Source: Marsupella aquatica
Lineage: Eukaryota; Plantae; Marchantiophyta
Assembly (NCBI GenBank): GCA_973895155.1
Contig: OZ316898.1
Location: 11,617,187 to 11,681,186, forward strand
Direction: 5' to 3'
DNA length: 64,000 nt
Shown here: in pieces, positions 37,290-49,800 of the stretch
Numbering within the stretch: the first letter of the stretch is position 1
Layout: the number at the start of each line of letters is the position of its first letter
Program-made: the position numbers and the translations under genes
The notes under the pieces: model-generated
Told to the model about the DNA's origin: nothing
Seen by the model: the letters and a program-made list of their open reading frames with translations, nothing else
Databases searched by the model: none

Positions 37290-37735
37290 CAATTTGCCTC
37301 TCAATTTCAATCAAACCACTTTGCAGCTGCTTGGGCACTCAACGTTCAAACCACAGTTGGGAAGAGTACAGAGTGGAGGCCTTATTCCCCAATCAATGTC
37401 CTCACTACCTTCTTTAGACAATAGGTGTCTGTTGCACTGGATGAGGCTCATGCATACACTAATCTTAATTTTTTGGGCCAAGACTGTCAATTTCAGTGAC
37501 TAGACATATCCCCGTCTTTGTGACCTTCCTATGCAGTTTACTCTGGAGCTTTTATCAGTTTAGTTTGCTGCTTAGTCAAGCTTTGGATTTTGGAGATTGT
37601 TGAGCTTTTGCCTTGTTGGTCTTCCTTTGAGGCTTTTCACTTGTTGTTCCTCCTTTATTGGATCTTCTTCCTTAATTTTGGGATCCTTTGCCCCGGTTTG
37701 GTGCCTTTTGTTCGTTTGCAGTGTGATATATATAC
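37290..37735 (+). mobile_element. Old degenerate CRE-like 3' fragment
   Basis: PINVLTTFFRQ*VSVALDEAHA aligns with PLSVLTTHFRQRISVTLQRAQA of the 18943-20069 element; a T-rich tail follows. Confidence 0.55.
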
Positions 37736-37814
37736 ATGAGACTCATGTGAACTTGAATTGAAATTGATAACCATGAGCTTGTTGACTCATATGGTCTTAG
37801 CCACTTTACCTACA

Positions 37815-39963
37815 CAGTCAACCGCGGATAAGTGCAGGCTTCTGGGAAGATACAAACAACCAGCACTTATCCATGGAGTGCACTATGTTATAAGTGCACC
37901 CAATATCAATTATGCACTTCTCCATATGTGCACCCTCTGCAGACCAAGTAAGTGCTTTTAAAGAATAGGTTATATGCACTTCCCCATATATATGGTGTCA
38001 GGTCACACACATTTGACTCCTCATACCCTTGTAGTGCATGATAATAAGTGTATGAACCACTTTATGTTGTCACTTATGCACTCATCACTAAATGTTTCTT
38101 AGTGTATGCATTGAAGTTACAACTAACAAATGCATGTGTACACTTGTCAACAGTAATGCACTTATATCGTTGTCATTACCAGTATTTTGTTATTTTAGTG
38201 TGAGCACTTATGCAAACAACAATTTTCTGTGCATTTACAAAAGAAATTGCTCTAATGTTAAAGAACCTATTTCACCATGGATTTTTCAACAATGGCAATG
38301 CTAGCAGGTAGGGAGTTAGCACTAGAACCTATGAAAGATGCAACATTGCCGTTGAAAACACTGAGAACATCTTCTTTAATTGCAGCAAGGTTAACCATTG
38401 GAGGCAGGAGATCAAGGTACTCGGACGACAAACCAAGACCTTGCACTACCTGAAGGAGACTCTTTGAATCCCTCAATTTATGATGCAGAAACAGAACCCG
38501 GGGCCCATGGTGCTTCTCACTGAACTCTGTAATTATACTATTTGGAGTGAACACAAAGCACACATTTACTCATAATTCTTAGGAAGACTCCCTAGCTGGG
38601 TCATTCTCCGTAGTACATGTGAGCATCTCAAGTCCATGCTACTTGCTAGACGATCTACTAGAAAAACCACACGAATACAACAAGCAGGTGACAAACTTGA
38701 CTTCATCTTATGGCCAAGGGCTAACCTTGAGATACCCAGCGCAATGACTCAAAATGATGCGAATGATTGAAGAAACTGACATAACTTTCAGGAGTTGGAA
38801 CCACTCCCGTAGTAGCACTATTCAGCCCCATCAATTTCCAGGTAGGACTGGTAGGAACAAACATCACAAGCTCATTGATTGGGACAGGAAATGCAGACAA
38901 GACATTAGCAACATTGCTCCTCACTTTTCACACTTAGTCTGGACCTGTAGCAAGAGGAAGGCTGAAGAGAGATGCCAACACTCTAGACATTTTGGTCCGT
39001 GAGAGATGATCAATAGATACCAATGTTGGCTTAGATATGAGAAACACAACATTGTGAAGCTGAATTGGCTTACTATGGACAACTTGTTCACGTGGCTCTT
39101 TAGAACTTCCTGGCCAGACTGACTCTAGCTGCTTTTGGGGGTGGGGGGGTGCAGGTTAGCCCCCCGGGCCTCATGGCTCCACGTGGGCTTTGTTGCCTCT
39201 TGCTTGGGTGGTTCTGCCCCCTCGCTTGCTATAAAGCTCTTTTTTTTATTAATAGTGAAAAAAAGTTAAAGGACCACATGACCAATCTGCACTCAAAGAG
39301 CATTCTCCCATAAGCAAATTGGGTGCATCCAGGTCACCAGAAGTATTTTGTCATTTTTGTATGAGTACTAAAGCAAACAGCAATTTTTGTGCATTTACAA
39401 AAGAAATTGCTCTAATGATAAGGGACTACATGACCAATCTGCACTCAAACAACATTGTCCAAGCAAAGCCAACCAGAGCCAAGTTACCAAAATAAATTAA
39501 TATATCAGGAGATTTTTTGGGTCAATATTTAAAGCTAAAAAATTTAAAAAGTGAATTATTTTGTCCCCAATTTTGTCCACCCCAAAGGTGGCGTACAATG
39601 GTGGTTTAAACATATAGTTTATGTACATAATGCAGGTTACCGGTGTGTAATCGCTTTTTGAGGTACCTGCTATTTCCATAATCTCTTGCCCAGATGTAAC
39701 CTTTTTCTGGCAACGAGCTCCAACAGCGAGCTCAAAAGGCACAAAACATAGAAGGGCGGGCAGCAGCGAGCTCCAAAAGCACAAAATACAAGCATGAATA
39801 TAGTCATTATCCTATATAGAATGTACTAACTTATGCACTGTGGCTAGTAACCACAGACCAGACCATCATTATCTTATGTAGAATGCACTTATGCATGGTG
39901 GCTAGTAACCCCATACCAGACCATCATTATCCAATACATAATGCACTTATACACGATTTACTG
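37815..39963. mobile_element. Non-autonomous Tc1/mariner (pogo-like) DNA transposon relic with nested L1
   Basis: Left TIR CAGTCAACCGCGGATAAGTGCA versus the reverse complement of the right end CAGTAAATCGTGTATAAGTGCA (4 mismatches). TA follows the right end. Many internal GCACTTA/TAAGTGC motifs. Confidence 0.55.
38264..39264 (+). mobile_element. 5'-truncated L1 fragment with TSD
   Basis: Degenerate zf-RVT FHHGFF...ERCNIAVENTENIFFNC, an A-tail at 39258-39264, and a 7-bp TSD GTTAAAG at 38257-38263 and 39265-39271. Confidence 0.75.
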
Positions 39964-40559
39964 TAACTCTATGAAAACCATAGTTCCTTTGAGGTATTTG
40001 CTTCAAGGTATTTACTTGATAGAACCCCTGAGTTTTGGGGTAAGTTGATTCAAGGTCTATCAAGGTCAATCAATGGTCTGGGTCATTTAGGGGTCCTATC
40101 AAATAACACTTTTCATTTTTGGGGTATGATCAAGAAATAACTCTAGTGTAGTTCCTCCCCTCCAAAGTTTGGTTTACTGAAAATTCTGTCAGAAAGGCAT
40201 CTTCTCGGCATGCAAAACATTTCTGGAGTCCCTTGCTATTTTCACAATCTGTTGCCTAGAAATAACCTTTTTTGGACAGAAATTGTGTATTATAATGCAT
40301 GTCTAAGTAGGGGTTCTAGCCCTGAACCAGGCTCCAACAAAACAAGAAAACCTTCCTAGCTGCCACTGGTTAGGTTTTCTTCAATTTCTGGTCACAGGGT
40401 TACAGGTTAGTAACCCCAACCAGACCTCATTAGGGCATGTCAAAGCTTAACCATAAGAATAGTCTTATGGCTGAAACTTTTTGGACATAAAGTTCTTATG
40501 GGACATGTATTTAGGTAGTGGGTACAGAATTATGTCATGACCATAAACTACTTTTATGT

Positions 40560-40850
40560 CCTTGGTAGTATCTTCCTTATGGAGCTGTTTTGACACGCCT
40601 TATAAGGGTCATAAAAGATTTCTATGTCCTTGGCGGCATCTCTCTTATAAGGGCCACAAAAGATTTCTATGTCCTTGGCAGTATCTCTATTTTGATACTC
40701 CCCATTTGGCCCTATCTCTTTTATGGAGCTGTTTTGACCCACCCTATTATCCTATACGTACCAGATCTCTTTTATGGAGCTATTTTGACACACAGTCCCT
40801 ATTTGGCAGCATCTCTTTTATCTCTTTTATGGAGCTGTTTTGACACACCC
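40560..40850. repeat. Degenerate tandem array (ATCTCTTTTATGGAGCTGTTTTGACAC core)
   Basis: The core occurs 4 times, plus a duplicated TATAAGGG.CA.AAAAGATTTCTATGTCCTTGGC. Confidence 0.8.
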
Positions 40851-41289
40851 TATATAGCATTATAGCATGCTCATCCATCCTGGAACATGTTTGAGTTTTT
40901 GTCTTGTAGTGATTTGAAAGTAAATAAAATATGAGAACATAACTAGAAGGATTGGTGCACAGTGACCAATGAAAAGTACAATCAAGGATGCTACCATGAG
41001 TGCATTTAATTCAATGTCTTCATGAATGACACCCATTTCAATAAAAATCATAAACCTGGGAAAAGAAAGACTTAAGGGAAATTTAAGACACAATCAGAAA
41101 CATTTCTGTCACTCATGAGAATACTTTGTTCAAGTGGTGGAGCCATTCCTTTTTCTTTGATAAATCACAAACATCAAAATTTTTAAGGAGGCTTTGATAA
41201 ATCACAAACATCAAAATTTTTAAGGAGGCTGCCAAAATAAGTTCAAAATACTCTATAATCTTAAAATTATAGAGGTACACAAATTAAAT

Positions 41290-41405
41290 AAAAATGTATA
41301 TTATACACAGGCTGCCCCTTGATAAGGCACATTGAAATAAAAATATGTGACACCAAAACTTTGAATAAGACAAAATAAAGGTGTATTCACCATATAGCAC
41401 TTTCA
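41290..41405 (-). repeat. Dispersed repeat copy 3 (family of 885-1050), upstream of the RELCH-like gene
   Basis: Reverse complement reads GTGCTATATGGTGAATACACCTTTATTTTGTCTTATTCAAAG. Confidence 0.6.
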
Positions 41406-42364
41406 AAAGTTTACGTGATACGTATAGGAATACCATAGTTCCTCCCATAGTCCCATTCCAAAGTTTGCGCTGGCAAGCACTCGGCTGATGAGACAGTCTC
41501 TCAGACTCTGAGCCGTCAGTGAGTGCTCTGTCTGGTCGAATAACGCACAGGATTCCCACTTTTTGAGCTTGAGAGGAGTGTAGAAGATTGCAAAAAGAAC
41601 CACCATGCCGATCCAGCTTGTTCAATTTACTCGCCTGCTGCCTGCAATCGAAGCTATCGGGTCCTGATCGTCCATCTCTCTTCTCCGGACGTCGAGTGAG
41701 CGGCTTCGTCTTTCTTTCCCTCGTCATCGACTACCAGCGTTTTTTATGGTTGACGTGCGATTCCATTTTCGTCAGTGAATGCAGGTGAAGTTTATGTTGA
41801 AGTTGATGTTGAAGCTGATGAAAGTTTGCTCCTCATTGTGCTGGCCCATGGAGGCAGGTACAGAGGGCGGGCTCGAGTGAATTGAAATTTGGCATTCTGG
41901 TAAACATTCAAAAGAAGATCTCGCGCAAAATGCCATTTGATAGAATAGTAGAAGCGTAGGAGTGTGTGCTTGCCTGCCTGGGAGTGAGGAATGTCGCGAG
42001 ATTTCGAGATCGCTCGGGCCGGCGAAGGGGAGGGGACGGGAGGGCGGGGCAATGTGAATAGATGAGGTGATGTGAGACTCATGCTGTGAATTGACGAAAT
42101 GAGTGTGGTCGCCTTTCATCACTGTACAGTCGTTGAGGAAGGACAGACAATGTTGTGCATTAGGGTTCAGCAGGTAAAGGAATGGCAGTAGCGGGGCAAG
42201 GAGGAGAGGAGAGGTTGATGATTCGATCGGATCGGATAGATCGATCAGGGCGGCGAGCAGAAGAGCGAGCGAACGGGCTGGTGGTGAATCGTATTGGATA
42301 TGGTGGCCGGGGGGCCGGGGAGTTGTGGTGAACTGAGATGAGGGGAGGATGATGGGATGAGACA

Positions 42365-45300
42365 ATGGAGGCCGACAAAGCCAGCACGCGGAATGTGGTG
42401 ATCGACTTCCTGCTGGGAGAGCACTACCTGCTCAGCGCTTTCGAGCTCTACCATGAGCTGTTGGAGGACGGGCAGGCGGCAGCAGCCGTCAAGCTGCACT
42501 CGTTCTTCACGGACCCGGACATGTATCCCCCCGAGCAAATGCGCGCCCTGCAGAGCATCGATGCGCAGTTGCTTGCCGACGAGAGGGAGGCCGCCAGTGA
42601 GCGAGCGGCTGTCTCGGAGTACGAATTGCGGCTTGCCCGAGAGGACATCCTCAGCCTCCAGGAGAAGTTGGAGAGCCTCCGAAATGCCGAACGCGCAACA
42701 GTGCTGAAGGAGAGTTCAGCAGAGCTCCATGGAGATGTTGGATTAGAGAATCACATTAATAATAATGGTGATAATAGTGATGGCAGTAACTTCCAGGGCA
42801 AGGAGAAGAAGAGGAGCTACAGAGATCTGCCGCCGGTGGGTGACATGGAGAGGAGAGATCTGACATGTGCGGTGACGGAATTTCTAGTCTCCGCTGGGTA
42901 CAAGCTGACGGCAATGACTCTCCACGAGGAGGTGGATCAGGATTTGGATGACTGGCCGAACCAGGTCCCGGATGCTCTTCGCCGATATTATCTCTCCTTT
43001 CTCTCTTCCTCCGTTGATGCTGTTGAGGAGAAGGCCGGGTTACAGGCTGAGAATGCCTCTCTTCAAGCTGAGAATGCAGCCCTGGTCAGAGCCAAGGAAG
43101 CAGTTGAGAATGAACTCCAGTCTGTGACTAGAGCTCTGGAGGGTGCGAGGAAAGATGGCAAGGAGAAAGACCGTCAATTTCGGCAGCTGAAGGAATCACT
43201 AAATGTGGCAGAAAAGCAGTTGAATGAATTCAGGTCAGAAATCACTTCACTGAAAGTTGAGTTGGAAATGTCAAACCGAGATATCGAAACTCACCAACCC
43301 TCAGCGGCTCTAGCAGCTCCTGAAGCTCTCGAGGTTCCAGAGGTTGTGCCTTTGGCTGGAGAGGATGGGACAGAGATAGATGTTAATGACAGCAATCCTC
43401 CTGATTCAACTGAAACTGAGGAGGATGACGAGGAGGAGGCAGAGGCAAGGGCTGTTTTTGGGTCACCAATCTCTTCAAGGTCTAGTACTGTCAAAGAGGA
43501 GGCAAGTTTAGTTTCATCTATCGCGGTTAATGGCCATACAGCTGAACCGGAAGAAGAAGGATTCAAAAATATGTTGACACCTGAGGAGCAGCTGGATGTA
43601 CATGAAAACCGAAGAGAGCCCGACGAACAGCAGCTGCACCAAGAATCAGAAGTGCACACTGTCCGAATTCTTGCTGATGCGCTGCCCAGAATTGTGCCAT
43701 ATGTTCTAATCAATTACAGGGAAGAGCTTCTGCCCCTTATCATATGTGCGATTGAGCGTCATCCTGACGACACTGTTCGAGATTTGCTGACTAACACACT
43801 CTTTAATTTGATAAAGAGGCCTGATGAGCAACAAAGGCGAGTGATTATGGACGCTTGTGTCACTCTAGCCAGAAATGTTGGCGAGGTCCGAACGGAAACC
43901 GAGTTGCTGCCTCAATGCTGGGAGCAAATAGATCACAAGTACGAGGAGAGAAGGGTTTTAGTGGCTCAGTCGTGTGGAGAATTGGGGCAGTTTGTTAAGC
44001 CAGATATGCGCCCGTCTTTGATTCTGTCAATTGTCCAGCAACTAATTGAAGATGAAGCCACTGTTGTGCGGGAGGCTGCCGCCCATAATTTGGCCCTTCT
44101 TCTTCCACTGTTTCCCAATTTGGACAAGTTCTTCAAGGTGGAAGAGTTTCTGTTTTCGCTGGTCTGTGACCCAGCTGGGAACGTGGTTGAAACCAGCCTG
44201 AAGCAGCTGCTTCCGGCTTTGATTGCTTGGGCCAAGCCCGACAAGCAGCTTCTGAGCCATCTTCTAAGTACACTCCTGTCCCGTCTTTTGGGGTCAGTGC
44301 AACGTTGTCCACCCTTTTCAACTTTGCAGGATTCTCTCGAATTCCAGCTCCGGATTTTGGGAGAAAGGGAAAGGTGGGTGGCGGATGCCTTGTTGAGAAC
44401 TTTAATTGCGCTGTTACCAGAGGTGCGACGTGTTGCATCTGAAAGCTGTCCATTTCCAGACATATTTTTTGAGGAGGAAGAGGAATTGGATGCGTTTTAC
44501 TCCGAGGAATTGCTGAAGCTATATCTAAGGTCAAACGTGGAATGGCCCGATTTCGATTGGCTTCCTGAGGACTGCTTCCCGGCACTGCTGCATCTGGCCA
44601 GCATGCTGCCGCCCAGAGAGGAGGGTCTCCGCACTCGGCTGGCACAACTTCTCAGGACAGTGGGCAAACTTTTTGGTGTAACCTATCTAACCACCATTAT
44701 CTTGCCGATTTTCTTGATGGCTTCTGGTGATTTTGCTGATACCTCCCATTTGTCATTACGACTTGCGAAGAGGATAAAGGGATTCAAGCCATTAACACCA
44801 AAAGCGGAGCAGTTGGCTCGCACTTGCGTGCTCCCCTTGCTACTCGCTGGAGTGCTCGGGGCCCCGAACATGCCAGGGGAAAGTCTTGCAAATTACTTGA
44901 GGGACTTGGTATTGCAATCTAGCATCAACCATGGCTCCTGGACGAATGTCCACTCTCCAGAGCTTGTCGATGCAGTGAGATTTCTCTGTACTTTTAAGGA
45001 ACACCTTGATGTCGTCATTGGCGTCCTTTGGGACTGTGTGGTCAACCCCAATGCAAATGTAAAAGCTACAGCTGCTGTTCTCTTTAAATCGTTTGTCCCA
45101 TACATTGATTTGAGACTGGCCACCCAACAGGTTTTGCCGGCATTGGTAACTCTTGGGTCAGACACAAATCTGGTTGTGAGATATGCCAGCATTGATGCTT
45201 TTGGAGCGGTAGCACAACACTTTAACGACGATGCTGTTGTGGACAAGATCAGGGTACAGATGGATGCTTTTCTGGACGACGATGGATCCCACGAAGCAAC

Positions 45301-45832
45301 CATTGCAGTTGTACGCGCACTTGCTGCTGCAGTTCCCCTAACTTCGCCGAGTCTTCGAGACTATCTGATGCAAAAGCTTGTAGTTTTGTCAGCAGCAACA
45401 AACCAGAACTCCAATCTTGCAAGGCGGAGAGAAAAAGTGGACGCCTTCTGCGAAGCCATCCGTGCCCTGGATGCAACAGATATTTCGGCCACTAGTGTGA
45501 AGGATCTTCTGGTTCCTACCATTCAGAACCTTTTGAAAGACATGGATGCTCTGGATCCAGCTCACAAAGAAGCATTGGAGGTGATAGTCAGAGAGAGAGC
45601 AGGAGGGCTGCGGTTGGACCTACTCAGCAAACACCTGAGGAAAACATCAATGGGTGGCCTTTTTGGAGAAGGGGGATACTTGGGTACTCCATCTGGCACC
45701 AGTCAACCCCCAACAATACCCGAGTCTTCAACACTCGAACCCACTCCTTCTCCTTCCACTACTCCTGCCCAACCAGCAGAAGGGCGATTGAAGTTCTGGA
45801 GAACGTTAAGAGGCACAGGCAGTGAGACTTGA
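42365..45832 (+). CDS. RELCH: RAB11-binding RELCH/KIAA1468-like LisH, coiled-coil and HEAT repeat protein, 1155 aa, intronless CDS
   Basis: LisH-like motifs FLLGEHYLLSAFELYHELL and EFLVSAGYKLTAMTLHEEV, a coiled coil, conserved ILADALPRIVPYVLIN.REELLPLI and LFNLIKRPDEQQRR, then HEAT repeats. Confidence 0.9.
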   Translation: MEADKASTRNVVIDFLLGEHYLLSAFELYHELLEDGQAAAAVKLHSFFTDPDMYPPEQMRALQSIDAQLLADEREAASERAAVSEYELRLAREDILSLQEKLESLRNAERATVLKESSAELHGDVGLENHINNNGDNSDGSNFQGKEKKRSYRDLPPVGDMERRDLTCAVTEFLVSAGYKLTAMTLHEEVDQDLDDWPNQVPDALRRYYLSFLSSSVDAVEEKAGLQAENASLQAENAALVRAKEAVENELQSVTRALEGARKDGKEKDRQFRQLKESLNVAEKQLNEFRSEITSLKVELEMSNRDIETHQPSAALAAPEALEVPEVVPLAGEDGTEIDVNDSNPPDSTETEEDDEEEAEARAVFGSPISSRSSTVKEEASLVSSIAVNGHTAEPEEEGFKNMLTPEEQLDVHENRREPDEQQLHQESEVHTVRILADALPRIVPYVLINYREELLPLIICAIERHPDDTVRDLLTNTLFNLIKRPDEQQRRVIMDACVTLARNVGEVRTETELLPQCWEQIDHKYEERRVLVAQSCGELGQFVKPDMRPSLILSIVQQLIEDEATVVREAAAHNLALLLPLFPNLDKFFKVEEFLFSLVCDPAGNVVETSLKQLLPALIAWAKPDKQLLSHLLSTLLSRLLGSVQRCPPFSTLQDSLEFQLRILGERERWVADALLRTLIALLPEVRRVASESCPFPDIFFEEEEELDAFYSEELLKLYLRSNVEWPDFDWLPEDCFPALLHLASMLPPREEGLRTRLAQLLRTVGKLFGVTYLTTIILPIFLMASGDFADTSHLSLRLAKRIKGFKPLTPKAEQLARTCVLPLLLAGVLGAPNMPGESLANYLRDLVLQSSINHGSWTNVHSPELVDAVRFLCTFKEHLDVVIGVLWDCVVNPNANVKATAAVLFKSFVPYIDLRLATQQVLPALVTLGSDTNLVVRYASIDAFGAVAQHFNDDAVVDKIRVQMDAFLDDDGSHEATIAVVRALAAAVPLTSPSLRDYLMQKLVVLSAATNQNSNLARRREKVDAFCEAIRALDATDISATSVKDLLVPTIQNLLKDMDALDPAHKEALEVIVRERAGGLRLDLLSKHLRKTSMGGLFGEGGYLGTPSGTSQPPTIPESSTLEPTPSPSTTPAQPAEGRLKFWRTLRGTGSET

Positions 45833-46890
45833 TATTTGTTCTCGTTAATGTAAAGTAAGGTCATGCAAACTTGCCCCAAATTCAGTAGTCCGAACGTCGT
45901 CTTGGGGGCTGAATTTCGTGCAAGTTCTATGACCTTCTTGAGATCCTAGCTCTCAGACTGTGTCATCCAATTTACTGTGGGAAGAAAGCTCTGCCATCGG
46001 TTTCCTACACCTTGAATCTTCGTGGAATTCTCCATTCTTTACTGAAAACAAAAGCTATTATGTTCGGTTCACGTTCTGGAACTGGCAACGGACACAGACG
46101 GCACCTTACTGTAGAGAGCTTTATGCGTCATTGATCTTTGAAGAGCTCGACAATTTATTTCTGATCGAATTTTTGTGTAGAGTAGAACTACCTAATGAGC
46201 AAAATTGTGTTCATTCGAGACCAAATCCATAAGCTGGTCCACGTCTTTCAGTCGTTCAATGAACCCTAATGTTTACGTTATTCACACACTCAGGGGTAAG
46301 ACCTCTCCCTCTTCTTCAGGGCTTGGGTCTGTAATCACTATGTACTTTATAAAATTGTTTCCCTTTTTATCATATAAAAAGTCAATGTGTGGCTATAGAT
46401 TTCACTCTTGTTCCATCTCTGTGCAGTGTCACTCTTGGGCCACTGAAGAAATGCCATTGGCTAGATTCTCATGTGTAATGATTATATACACAATGGCCAA
46501 TACGTATCTCTAAAGGCTAGATGGCTACATTGTCTTGTGTAATTAAACGCAGTGGTTTCATTCGAACTTCTCCTACTCACATGTACGGAATATGCCAGTT
46601 TTACGAGGCAAACATCATTAGACCCTCTGTAAAAAACAACCAACATTTCACTCTGCCAGATTTATGAAGCAAACAGCATTGGGCGCTTCGTAAAAAGGGT
46701 CCGAAACAGCTACAGACGTGCACCAGGATTCGAATGCATGTAATGCAGAGCGTCACAAGTCAGATAGTCACTAGACAGTTGTACCAGCAACATCATAAAC
46801 CCAATTTATTGATAAATTAGTGTACATTGAAAGGGTTGTGCCCCAAGTTGATTAAACATGGATCACCAGTTTGCAGAGTACGAACTTGAG

Positions 46891-49800
46891 TTAGCAGGGG
46901 AGCGACATCTCAGAGCACAGTGTCCAAGCCCAGTTCTTGGCTCCGGCCCGAATAGAAACAAATTGATCTGGGGAGATCTCATGTCTCCATTCACAACCTA
47001 ATGAACGGCCTTCTGTTGGAAAATTCCTGAAACAGTAACACCAAAGTAGACAAAATCGAATCACTGTCTAGGCCCAAACATTATCTATTTATAACGGCTT
47101 TTGCAGAAAATCTTGTTAACAACCCGCCCAACAACGTACTTTAGATGAGAGACTCGGCCAAACACCACTTCACTTCTTGTGGGCTTTGAATAAAACGTTT
47201 TGCAAAACAGTTCATTTTCTTGTCCTTGAGTTTACAACATAGGGATAGATGTGTACATACCTTGACATCTGCAGAAGATGCATTCAGATACATTTAATTT
47301 CATGATACAGAATGGGTCCAATTAACCATCTAGGAACGATACGACATTCCATATTGTGAAAACAGCAGGGCCTTCTAGCAGCAGGAACCAGCTTAAAAGT
47401 ATTGATAGTCCACCCAAGGCAGAAGCCACCTACCTGTAGGTCCACATCCAGCTATTCTTCTTGGTGGTGAGGGATGTTGTGACATCCCATTTTGGAGGAC
47501 CTCGATGGTACTTAGTAAGCTTTAACACTAGATTCCCTCTCCCGTTCAGTTGATGCTTTCCTTCAAAGCTGTCACGAACAACAATGCACGCATCATGTAC
47601 ACAGCTAAAGTCCATCACCGCCAAACTTCTCGCACACTACTCATTCGATTATAGTCTCAATATCGCATTCTGATAGATATGTTGGCTGACAAATACAGGA
47701 CTAGCCCACAACAGGATGGTGCACAGACGACGTATAGCCAGTAACTCGTAGCGCTCGCGGCTATAAGGATGTTATAAGCCAAAAATGTCAATCTGGACAT
47801 ACCTTGTGGAATCCTCTTGCTTCAGATTGGTGTTGAAACATGCACCAACCATGATTTGATCATGGATCTTTTGCATAGCGTTCATACAGAACTTCTGGTC
47901 CCCGTTCAAGTCAGTTGCAAGACTGCACCCATACAATTTTTGCATCACATAACTGAGCACGGAATGAAATATTAGCTACAAAGGTAATCAAAATCTCTCT
48001 GGAGTTCCTCTTCCGCCATATTCGGACTGAAAGTATACTCCAAGTCAAATCAATGATCGAATAGAAATGACTGCCACGATGCCACCGACTGGTCAACTAC
48101 ACCATCACCACATTCGGAAATTAGCCTAAGTTGGAAATTGACGTCGTTAGACTAACGCTAACGCAGGTTTTCGCTTTAGATGCTTTGGCTTTGGTAAAAC
48201 TAGCCTCATATGAAAAGGGTACGTTAAGATATAGTGTTGTCCATAGTAAACTAAGTTGTAAGCTACATATTTACCTAGTTCAGAAGTAGTGTGGGACAGA
48301 CAAACTTAAAGGTGGAACTCAATTTATCTAGTTCAAAACTAGTATTGATCACACTGAACGTTGCAGAGGGTGTACTTAATTTTTCGCAGAACAAGGACAC
48401 CAAACTGATCCGGAACAAAACTCTCGAGTTTCAAGTGAGCCCGTCCACAAATTGTTCACTCCTCCAACAGTGATTCTCACCTGCTAGAAAGGAAACCTGA
48501 TCTCCACACTGGAATGGTAGCCATCAACCTTAGTGCATTTTGGCCCCTGCCACCAAGAATAATCTTAACAGGCATCATTTGCAACATTACATCAAATAAT
48601 GTTTATTGGCCATCCATTTTAGTCGGAACACAATGCTTTCAAAAATCCCGAGTCCTCCCGTCGGATCCTACGTAACATACAGAAATATCTAATTTAGCTC
48701 AGACCCAACAGAGCAGCCACTTCCACGAGTAAAGAAATGCAAACCTCAAATCTGAGATGATGGAGTTCAAAAATACGATATCGTTCAGCACATTTCTTGC
48801 TTGAAGCTTCAAAAGTCTTTCACCTGTTCTCAAGTTGGTCATTATGCTCTCCAAGACCTATCCAGGAAACATCATGGGTCGATTGTTACAGAGTAGCCAT
48901 TTCCGGCACCGAGATCATGATATCAACAGAAAGTACTTCGACCAAAAACCCACGACCTGGCAAAAGAAGAGAAAGTTATCCGAACCGAGCAAGATATCGA
49001 CAACACTCGTCTCAGAGTACACAGCGGATTAATGTTGCTCACCTCTTGGTTGCCTATTTTCTTCTCCCTTTGCAGCTCCACTTCGAATGAGCAATCACCA
49101 GACGAGCTTGTGCACAAACTGGGGAGAACATATCGCTATCAGCTCCAGAACTATGGAAGAAAATGTAGCGAAATCCCTTTCTGAATTCGTATGATACAAG
49201 CTAGAGACTGTTGGCTTATCGCTAAGAGTCAACATATGTACACATGTTTCCTGGTACTCAATAGGAGTTCGAAAGTTAATTCCCCGCAGTTGCGAGACAA
49301 TCAGCGGAAGATCCAATTCTCAGATCCACATTCTCTCCGTGTTGGTGTTATGATTCGCAGTTCCTTTAAGTTCAGACTTCAGTATTTCCGTCGCGGTTAT
49401 ACTCAACAAAGGTTCAACTTATGGTTATGTCGACGTAGTAGCTACAACTAACAAGGAATTAAGGCTCGAAAATGTTTTCAAGTGACCAATCCTCGAAATG
49501 AAAAACTAGAGTCCCAGAAACCGCTCGTACTTACTTGGTAGATAAAGTGGAGTAGTTTATGAAGCTATGCGTGGTATTGACGTTAAAATTATTTCCTGCC
49601 AAAGTCAAAAGGATCAATATGTAAGACCTTTCTGAACCTAATTACGAAAGACTGGCCACACGGCCTCACAAGGGGAATGCTACAACTTTTAAAGTACTTA
49701 TCCCAGTGATGCAAACAACTCCTTAGGCACGACAAACACTGTTTAGCTTAAGAATAGCATAAGCATGGCCTAGAGGGACCGAAAATTAGATAACATAAAC

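Noticed and set aside
47262-47269. 8-nt micro-exon (CAG|ATGTCAAG|GTATGT, minus strand) in the orphan gene
   Set aside because: Including it shifts the last exon into a short frame. It is left out of the model, though it could be an alternative or poison exon that RNA-seq would reveal.
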